A DNA stretch of 64,000 bases, from assembly GCA_000004985.1 (NCBI GenBank), contig GG738923.1, one strand, 5' to 3'. A model generated the notes under the pieces. It searched no databases, was not told where the DNA came from, and saw only the letters and a program-made list of their open reading frames with translations. Shown piece after piece: positions 55,101 through 64,000 of the stretch. Source of the DNA: Naegleria gruberi (lineage: Eukaryota). Numbering within the stretch: the stretch's first letter is position 1; the number at the start of each line of letters is the position of its first letter. Made by a program: the position numbers and the translations under genes.

Positions 55101-58100
55101 NNNNNNNNNNNNNNNNNNNNNNNNNNNNNNNNNNNNNNNNNNNNNNNNNNNNNNNNNNNNNNNNNNNNNNNNNNNNNNNNNNNNNNNNNNNNNNNNNNNN
55201 NNNNNNNNNNNNNNNNNNNNNNNNNNNNNNNNNNNNNNNNNNNNNNNNNNNNNNNNNNNNNNNNNNNNNNNNNNNNNNNNNNNNNNNNNNNNNNNNNNNN
55301 NNNNNNNNNNNNNNNNNNNNNNNNNNNNNNNNNNNNNNNNNNNNNNNNNNNNNNNNNNNNNNNNNNNNNNNNNNNNNNNNNNNNNNNNNNNNNNNNNNNN
55401 NNNNNNNNNNNNNNNNNNNNNNNNNNNNNNNNNNNNNNNNNNNNNNNNNNNNNNNNNNNNNNNNNNNNNNNNNNNNNNNNNNNNNNNNNNNNNNNNNNNN
55501 NNNNNNNNNNNNNNNNNNNNNNNNNNNNNNNNNNNNNNNNNNNNNNNNNNNNNNNNNNNNNNNNNNNNNNNNNNNNNNNNNNNNNNNNNNNNNNNNNNNN
55601 NNNNNNNNNNNNNNNNNNNNNNNNNNNNNNNNNNNNNNNNNNNNNNNNNNNNNNNNNNNNNNNNNNNNNNNNNNNNNNNNNNNNNNNNNNNNNNNNNNNN
55701 NNNNNNNNNNNNNNNNNNNNNNNNNNNNNNNNNNNNNNNNNNNNNNNNNNNNNNNNNNNNNNNNNNNNNNNNNNNNNNNNNNNNNNNNNNNNNNNNNNNN
55801 NNNNNNNNNNNNNNNNNNNNNNNNNNNNNNNNNNNNNNNNNNNNNNNNNNNNNNNNNNNNNNNNNNNNNNNNNNNNNNNNNNNNNNNNNNNNNNNNNNNN
55901 NNNNNNNNNNNNNNNNNNNNNNNNNNNNNNNNNNNNNNNNNNNNNNNNNNNNNNNNNNNNNNNNNNNNNNNNNNNNNNNNNNNNNNNNNNNNNNNNNNNN
56001 NNNNNNNNNNNNNNNNNNNNNNNNNNNNNNNNNNNNNNNNNNNNNNNNNNNNNNNNNNNNNNNNNNNNNNNNNNNNNNNNNNNNNNNNNNNNNNNNNNNN
56101 NNNNNNNNNNNNNNNNNNNNNNNNNNNNNNNNNNNNNNNNNNNNNNNNNNNNNNNNNNNNNNNNNNNNNNNNNNNNNNNNNNNNNNNNNNNNNNNNNNNN
56201 NNNNNNNNNNNNNNNNNNNNNNNNNNNNNNNNNNNNNNNNNNNNNNNNNNNNNNNNNNNNNNNNNNNNNNNNNNNNNNNNNNNNNNNNNNNNNNNNNNNN
56301 NNNNNNNNNNNNNNNNNNNNNNNNNNNNNNNNNNNNNNNNNNNNNNNNNNNNNNNNNNNNNNNNNNNNNNNNNNNNNNNNNNNNNNNNNNNNNNNNNNNN
56401 NNNNNNNNNNNNNNNNNNNNNNNNNNNNNNNNNNNNNNNNNNNNNNNNNNNNNNNNNNNNNNNNNNNNNNNNNNNNNNNNNNNNNNNNNNNNNNNNNNNN
56501 NNNNNNNNNNNNNNNNNNNNNNNNNNNNNNNNNNNNNNNNNNNNNNNNNNNNNNNNNNNNNNNNNNNNNNNNNNNNNNNNNNNNNNNNNNNNNNNNNNNN
56601 NNNNNNNNNNNNNNNNNNNNNNNNNNNNNNNNNNNNNNNNNNNNNNNNNNNNNNNNNNNNNNNNNNNNNNNNNNNNNNNNNNNNNNNNNNNNNNNNNNNN
56701 NNNNNNNNNNNNNNNNNNNNNNNNNNNNNNNNNNNNNNNNNNNNNNNNNNNNNNNNNNNNNNNNNNNNNNNNNNNNNNNNNNNNNNNNNNNNNNNNNNNN
56801 NNNNNNNNNNNNNNNNNNNNNNNNNNNNNNNNNNNNNNNNNNNNNNNNNNNNNNNNNNNNNNNNNNNNNNNNNNNNNNNNNNNNNNNNNNNNNNNNNNNN
56901 NNNNNNNNNNNNNNNNNNNNNNNNNNNNNNNNNNNNNNNNNNNNNNNNNNNNNNNNNNNNNNNNNNNNNNNNNNNNNNNNNNNNNNNNNNNNNNNNNNNN
57001 NNNNNNNNNNNNNNNNNNNNNNNNNNNNNNNNNNNNNNNNNNNNNNNNNNNNNNNNNNNNNNNNNNNNNNNNNNNNNNNNNNNNNNNNNNNNNNNNNNNN
57101 NNNNNNNNNNNNNNNNNNNNNNNNNNNNNNNNNNNNNNNNNNNNNNNNNNNNNNNNNNNNNNNNNNNNNNNNNNNNNNNNNNNNNNNNNNNNNNNNNNNN
57201 NNNNNNNNNNNNNNNNNNNNNNNNNNNNNNNNNNNNNNNNNNNNNNNNNNNNNNNNNNNNNNNNNNNNNNNNNNNNNNNNNNNNNNNNNNNNNNNNNNNN
57301 NNNNNNNNNNNNNNNNNNNNNNNNNNNNNNNNNNNNNNNNNNNNNNNNNNNNNNNNNNNNNNNNNNNNNNNNNNNNNNNNNNNNNNNNNNNNNNNNNNNN
57401 NNNNNNNNNNNNNNNNNNNNNNNNNNNNNNNNNNNNNNNNNNNNNNNNNNNNNNNNNNNNNNNNNNNNNNNNNNNNNNNNNNNNNNNNNNNNNNNNNNNN
57501 NNNNNNNNNNNNNNNNNNNNNNNNNNNNNNNNNNNNNNNNNNNNNNNNNNNNNNNNNNNNNNNNNNNNNNNNNNNNNNNNNNNNNNNNNNNNNNNNNNNN
57601 NNNNNNNNNNNNNNNNNNNNNNNNNNNNNNNNNNNNNNNNNNNNNNNNNNNNNNNNNNNNNNNNNNNNNNNNNNNNNNNNNNNNNNNNNNNNNNNNNNNN
57701 NNNNNNNNNNNNNNNNNNNNNNNNNNNNNNNNNNNNNNNNNNNNNNNNNNNNNNNNNNNNNNNNNNNNNNNNNNNNNNNNNNNNNNNNNNNNNNNNNNNN
57801 NNNNNNNNNNNNNNNNNNNNNNNNNNNNNNNNNNNNNNNNNNNNNNNNNNNNNNNNNNNNNNNNNNNNNNNNNNNNNNNNNNNNNNNNNNNNNNNNNNNN
57901 NNNNNNNNNNNNNNNNNNNNNNNNNNNNNNNNNNNNNNNNNNNNNNNNNNNNNNNNNNNNNNNNNNNNNNNNNNNNNNNNNNNNNNNNNNNNNNNNNNNN
58001 NNNNNNNNNNNNNNNNNNNNNNNNNNNNNNNNNNNNNNNNNNNNNNNNNNNNNNNNNNNNNNNNNNNNNNNNNNNNNNNNNNNNNNNNNNNNNNNNNNNN

Positions 58101-61100
58101 NNNNNNNNNNNNNNNNNNNNNNNNNNNNNNNNNNNNNNNNNNNNNNNNNNNNNNNNNNNNNNNNNNNNNNNNNNNNNNNNNNNNNNNNNNNNNNNNNNNN
58201 NNNNNNNNNNNNNNNNNNNNNNNNNNNNNNNNNNNNNNNNNNNNNNNNNNNNNNNNNNNNNNNNNNNNNNNNNNNNNNNNNNNNNNNNNNNNNNNNNNNN
58301 NNNNNNNNNNNNNNNNNNNNNNNNNNNNNNNNNNNNNNNNNNNNNNNNNNNNNNNNNNNNNNNNNNNNNNNNNNNNNNNNNNNNNNNNNNNNNNNNNNNN
58401 NNNNNNNNNNNNNNNNNNNNNNNNNNNNNNNNNNNNNNNNNNNNNNNNNNNNNNNNNNNNNNNNNNNNNNNNNNNNNNNNNNNNNNNNNNNNNNNNNNNN
58501 NNNNNNNNNNNNNNNNNNNNNNNNNNNNNNNNNNNNNNNNNNNNNNNNNNNNNNNNNNNNNNNNNNNNNNNNNNNNNNNNNNNNNNNNNNNNNNNNNNNN
58601 NNNNNNNNNNNNNNNNNNNNNNNNNNNNNNNNNNNNNNNNNNNNNNNNNNNNNNNNNNNNNNNNNNNNNNNNNNNNNNNNNNNNNNNNNNNNNNNNNNNN
58701 NNNNNNNNNNNNNNNNNNNNNNNNNNNNNNNNNNNNNNNNNNNNNNNNNNNNNNNNNNNNNNNNNNNNNNNNNNNNNNNNNNNNNNNNNNNNNNNNNNNN
58801 NNNNNNNNNNNNNNNNNNNNNNNNNNNNNNNNNNNNNNNNNNNNNNNNNNNNNNNNNNNNNNNNNNNNNNNNNNNNNNNNNNNNNNNNNNNNNNNNNNNN
58901 NNNNNNNNNNNNNNNNNNNNNNNNNNNNNNNNNNNNNNNNNNNNNNNNNNNNNNNNNNNNNNNNNNNNNNNNNNNNNNNNNNNNNNNNNNNNNNNNNNNN
59001 NNNNNNNNNNNNNNNNNNNNNNNNNNNNNNNNNNNNNNNNNNNNNNNNNNNNNNNNNNNNNNNNNNNNNNNNNNNNNNNNNNNNNNNNNNNNNNNNNNNN
59101 NNNNNNNNNNNNNNNNNNNNNNNNNNNNNNNNNNNNNNNNNNNNNNNNNNNNNNNNNNNNNNNNNNNNNNNNNNNNNNNNNNNNNNNNNNNNNNNNNNNN
59201 NNNNNNNNNNNNNNNNNNNNNNNNNNNNNNNNNNNNNNNNNNNNNNNNNNNNNNNNNNNNNNNNNNNNNNNNNNNNNNNNNNNNNNNNNNNNNNNNNNNN
59301 NNNNNNNNNNNNNNNNNNNNNNNNNNNNNNNNNNNNNNNNNNNNNNNNNNNNNNNNNNNNNNNNNNNNNNNNNNNNNNNNNNNNNNNNNNNNNNNNNNNN
59401 NNNNNNNNNNNNNNNNNNNNNNNNNNNNNNNNNNNNNNNNNNNNNNNNNNNNNNNNNNNNNNNNNNNNNNNNNNNNNNNNNNNNNNNNNNNNNNNNNNNN
59501 NNNNNNNNNNNNNNNNNNNNNNNNNNNNNNNNNNNNNNNNNNNNNNNNNNNNNNNNNNNNNNNNNNNNNNNNNNNNNNNNNNNNNNNNNNNNNNNNNNNN
59601 NNNNNNNNNNNNNNNNNNNNNNNNNNNNNNNNNNNNNNNNNNNNNNNNNNNNNNNNNNNNNNNNNNNNNNNNNNNNNNNNNNNNNNNNNNNNNNNNNNNN
59701 NNNNNNNNNNNNNNNNNNNNNNNNNNNNNNNNNNNNNNNNNNNNNNNNNNNNNNNNNNNNNNNNNNNNNNNNNNNNNNNNNNNNNNNNNNNNNNNNNNNN
59801 NNNNNNNNNNNNNNNNNNNNNNNNNNNNNNNNNNNNNNNNNNNNNNNNNNNNNNNNNNNNNNNNNNNNNNNNNNNNNNNNNNNNNNNNNNNNNNNNNNNN
59901 NNNNNNNNNNNNNNNNNNNNNNNNNNNNNNNNNNNNNNNNNNNNNNNNNNNNNNNNNNNNNNNNNNNNNNNNNNNNNNNNNNNNNNNNNNNNNNNNNNNN
60001 NNNNNNNNNNNNNNNNNNNNNNNNNNNNNNNNNNNNNNNNNNNNNNNNNNNNNNNNNNNNNNNNNNNNNNNNNNNNNNNNNNNNNNNNNNNNNNNNNNNN
60101 NNNNNNNNNNNNNNNNNNNNNNNNNNNNNNNNNNNNNNNNNNNNNNNNNNNNNNNNNNNNNNNNNNNNNNNNNNNNNNNNNNNNNNNNNNNNNNNNNNNN
60201 NNNNNNNNNNNNNNNNNNNNNNNNNNNNNNNNNNNNNNNNNNNNNNNNNNNNNNNNNNNNNNNNNNNNNNNNNNNNNNNNNNNNNNNNNNNNNNNNNNNN
60301 NNNNNNNNNNNNNNNNNNNNNNNNNNNNNNNNNNNNNNNNNNNNNNNNNNNNNNNNNNNNNNNNNNNNNNNNNNNNNNNNNNNNNNNNNNNNNNNNNNNN
60401 NNNNNNNNNNNNNNNNNNNNNNNNNNNNNNNNNNNNNNNNNNNNNNNNNNNNNNNNNNNNNNNNNNNNNNNNNNNNNNNNNNNNNNNNNNNNNNNNNNNN
60501 NNNNNNNNNNNNNNNNNNNNNNNNNNNNNNNNNNNNNNNNNNNNNNNNNNNNNNNNNNNNNNNNNNNNNNNNNNNNNNNNNNNNNNNNNNNNNNNNNNNN
60601 NNNNNNNNNNNNNNNNNNNNNNNNNNNNNNNNNNNNNNNNNNNNNNNNNNNNNNNNNNNNNNNNNNNNNNNNNNNNNNNNNNNNNNNNNNNNNNNNNNNN
60701 NNNNNNNNNNNNNNNNNNNNNNNNNNNNNNNNNNNNNNNNNNNNNNNNNNNNNNNNNNNNNNNNNNNNNNNNNNNNNNNNNNNNNNNNNNNNNNNNNNNN
60801 NNNNNNNNNNNNNNNNNNNNNNNNNNNNNNNNNNNNNNNNNNNNNNNNNNNNNNNNNNNNNNNNNNNNNNNNNNNNNNNNNNNNNNNNNNNNNNNNNNNN
60901 NNNNNNNNNNNNNNNNNNNNNNNNNNNNNNNNNNNNNNNNNNNNNNNNNNNNNNNNNNNNNNNNNNNNNNNNNNNNNNNNNNNNNNNNNNNNNNNNNNNN
61001 NNNNNNNNNNNNNNNNNNNNNNNNNNNNNNNNNNNNNNNNNNNNNNNNNNNNNNNNNNNNNNNNNNNNNNNNNNNNNNNNNNNNNNNNNNNNNNNNNNNN

Positions 61101-64000
61101 NNNNNNNNNNNNNNNNNNNNNNNNNNNNNNNNNNNNNNNNNNNNNNNNNNNNNNNNNNNNNNNNNNNNNNNNNNNNNNNNNNNNNNNNNNNNNNNNNNNN
61201 NNNNNNNNNNNNNNNNNNNNNNNNNNNNNNNNNNNNNNNNNNNNNNNNNNNNNNNNNNNNNNNNNNNNNNNNNNNNNNNNNNNNNNNNNNNNNNNNNNNN
61301 NNNNNNNNNNNNNNNNNNNNNNNNNNNNNNNNNNNNNNNNNNNNNNNNNNNNNNNNNNNNNNNNNNNNNNNNNNNNNNNNNNNNNNNNNNNNNNNNNNNN
61401 NNNNNNNNNNNNNNNNNNNNNNNNNNNNNNNNNNNNNNNNNNNNNNNNNNNNNNNNNNNNNNNNNNNNNNNNNNNNNNNNNNNNNNNNNNNNNNNNNNNN
61501 NNNNNNNNNNNNNNNNNNNNNNNNNNNNNNNNNNNNNNNNNNNNNNNNNNNNNNNNNNNNNNNNNNNNNNNNNNNNNNNNNNNNNNNNNNNNNNNNNNNN
61601 NNNNNNNNNNNNNNNNNNNNNNNNNNNNNNNNNNNNNNNNNNNNNNNNNNNNNNNNNNNNNNNNNNNNNNNNNNNNNNNNNNNNNNNNNNNNNNNNNNNN
61701 NNNNNNNNNNNNNNNNNNNNNNNNNNNNNNNNNNNNNNNNNNNNNNNNNNNNNNNNNNNNNNNNNNNNNNNNNNNNNNNNNNNNNNNNNNNNNNNNNNNN
61801 NNNNNNNNNNNNNNNNNNNNNNNNNNNNNNNNNNNNNNNNNNNNNNNNNNNNNNNNNNNNNNNNNNNNNNNNNNNNNNNNNNNNNNNNNNNNNNNNNNNN
61901 NNNNNNNNNNNNNNNNNNNNNNNNNNNNNNNNNNNNNNNNNNNNNNNNNNNNNNNNNNNNNNNNNNNNNNNNNNNNNNNNNNNNNNNNNNNNNNNNNNNN
62001 NNNNNNNNNNNNNNNNNNNNNNNNNNNNNNNNNNNNNNNNNNNNNNNNNNNNNNNNNNNNNNNNNNNNNNNNNNNNNNNNNNNNNNNNNNNNNNNNNNNN
62101 NNNNNNNNNNNNNNNNNNNNNNNNNNNNNNNNNNNNNNNNNNNNNNNNNNNNNNNNNNNNNNNNNNNNNNNNNNNNNNNNNNNNNNNNNNNNNNNNNNNN
62201 NNNNNNNNNNNNNNNNNNNNNNNNNNNNNNNNNNNNNNNNNNNNNNNNNNNNNNNNNNNNNNNNNNNNNNNNNNNNNNNNNNNNNNNNNNNNNNNNNNNN
62301 NNNNNNNNNNNNNNNNNNNNNNNNNNNNNNNNNNNNNNNNNNNNNNNNNNNNNNNNNNNNNNNNNNNNNNNNNNNNNNNNNNNNNNNNNNNNNNNNNNNN
62401 NNNNNNNNNNNNNNNNNNNNNNNNNNNNNNNNNNNNNNNNNNNNNNNNNNNNNNNNNNNNNNNNNNNNNNNNNNNNNNNNNNNNNNNNNNNNNNNNNNNN
62501 NNNNNNNNNNNNNNNNNNNNNNNNNNNNNNNNNNNNNNNNNNNNNNNNNNNNNNNNNNNNNNNNNNNNNNNNNNNNNNNNNNNNNNNNNNNNNNNNNNNN
62601 NNNNNNNNNNNNNNNNNNNNNNNNNNNNNNNNNNNNNNNNNNNNNNNNNNNNNNNNNNNNNNNNNNNNNNNNNNNNNNNNNNNNNNNNNNNNNNNNNNNN
62701 NNNNNNNNNNNNNNNNNNNNNNNNNNNNNNNNNNNNNNNNNNNNNNNNNNNNNNNNNNNNNNNNNNNNNNNNNNNNNNNNNNNNNNNNNNNNNNNNNNNN
62801 NNNNNNNNNNNNNNNNNNNNNNNNNNNNNNNNNNNNNNNNNNNNNNNNNNNNNNNNNNNNNNNNNNNNNNNNNNNNNNNNNNNNNNNNNNNNNNNNNNNN
62901 NNNNNNNNNNNNNNNNNNNNNNNNNNNNNNNNNNNNNNNNNNNNNNNNNNNNNNNNNNNNNNNNNNNNNNNNNNNNNNNNNNNNNNNNNNNNNNNNNNNN
63001 NNNNNNNNNNNNNNNNNNNNNNNNNNNNNNNNNNNNNNNNNNNNNNNNNNNNNNNNNNNNNNNNNNNNNNNNNNNNNNNNNNNNNNNNNNNNNNNNNNNN
63101 NNNNNNNNNNNNNNNNNNNNNNNNNNNNNNNNNNNNNNNNNNNNNNNNNNNNNNNNNNNNNNNNNNNNNNNNNNNNNNNNNNNNNNNNNNNNNNNNNNNN
63201 NNNNNNNNNNNNNNNNNNNNNNNNNNNNNNNNNNNNNNNNNNNNNNNNNNNNNNNNNNNNNNNNNNNNNNNNNNNNNNNNNNNNNNNNNNNNNNNNNNNN
63301 NNNNNNNNNNNNNNNNNNNNNNNNNNNNNNNNNNNNNNNNNNNNNNNNNNNNNNNNNNNNNNNNNNNNNNNNNNNNNNNNNNNNNNNNNNNNNNNNNNNN
63401 NNNNNNNNNNNNNNNNNNNNNNNNNNNNNNNNNNNNNNNNNNNNNNNNNNNNNNNNNNNNNNNNNNNNNNNNNNNNNNNNNNNNNNNNNNNNNNNNNNNN
63501 NNNNNNNNNNNNNNNNNNNNNNNNNNNNNNNNNNNNNNNNNNNNNNNNNNNNNNNNNNNNNNNNNNNNNNNNNNNNNNNNNNNNNNNNNNNNNNNNNNNN
63601 NNNNNNNNNNNNNNNNNNNNNNNNNNNNNNNNNNNNNNNNNNNNNNNNNNNNNNNNNNNNNNNNNNNNNNNNNNNNNNNNNNNNNNNNNNNNNNNNNNNN
63701 NNNNNNNNNNNNNNNNNNNNNNNNNNNNNNNNNNNNNNNNNNNNNNNNNNNNNNNNNNNNNNNNNNNNNNNNNNNNNNNNNNNNNNNNNNNNNNNNNNNN
63801 NNNNNNNNNNNNNNNNNNNNNNNNNNNNNNNNNNNNNNNNNNNNNNNNNNNNNNNNNNNNNNNNNNNNNNNNNNNNNNNNNNNNNNNNNNNNNNNNNNNN
63901 NNNNNNNNNNNNNNNNNNNNNNNNNNNNNNNNNNNNNNNNNNNNNNNNNNNNNNNNNNNNNNNNNNNNNNNNNNNNNNNNNNNNNNNNNNNNNNNNNNNN
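49122..64000. other. Assembly gap (14,879 N)
   Basis: It is a run of N to the end of the window. Confidence 1.

Overview
Eukaryotic nuclear DNA, not prokaryotic: about 30% GC and gene-dense (roughly one gene per 2 kb, on both strands). Introns are short (about 40-115 nt), with GTAAGT, GTTTGT or GTATGT donors and (T)AG acceptors. The standard genetic code is in use, with TAA and TGA as stops. Real sequence covers positions 1 to about 49121. There is a 50-N gap at 47678-47727 and a 14.9 kb N run at 49122-64000. The gene content is a mixture of housekeeping and accessory genes. On the - strand, from lower to higher coordinates, lie a voltage-gated K+ channel, a DUF4116-repeat protein, an NHL/EGF-like membrane protein, a four-unit polyubiquitin, TRIP13/Pch2, a WD40 protein, a SHAQKYF-class MYB, an FBXO3-like protein, an SDR, a CLC channel, a coiled-coil protein, a TAP-like peptidase, CDC123, a DyP peroxidase and a G-alpha-like/M20 peptidase fusion. 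On the + strand, from lower to higher coordinates, lie a secreted hypothetical protein, an MDR oxidoreductase, an NHL-BTB protein, a tRNA-Arg(UCU), TK1 thymidine kinase, a USP-like protease, F-box-like and Myb/SANT-like proteins, membrane proteins, a DNA ligase I-like gene, a protein-kinase fragment and a sigma-type GST. No CRISPR arrays, prokaryotic operons or obvious transposons were seen. The most unusual observations are: (1) a single ORF fusing a degenerate G-alpha-like domain, a TM helix and an M20 peptidase; (2) a DNA ligase I-like gene whose C-terminus looks like a TARG1/OARD1-type macro domain; (3) a TRIP13 P-loop (GPPGTGKT) apparently encoded across two micro-exons of 6 and 5 nt; (4) a polyubiquitin gene with a frame-compensating indel pair in one repeat unit; (5) an NHL-repeat gene family with three frameshifts; (6) a conserved ~40-nt element repeated downstream of two + strand genes. 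Taxon cannot be assigned from sequence alone. The ubiquitin carries fungal-type S19/S28 substitutions together with N20, yet TK1 and a SHAQKYF MYB are present.
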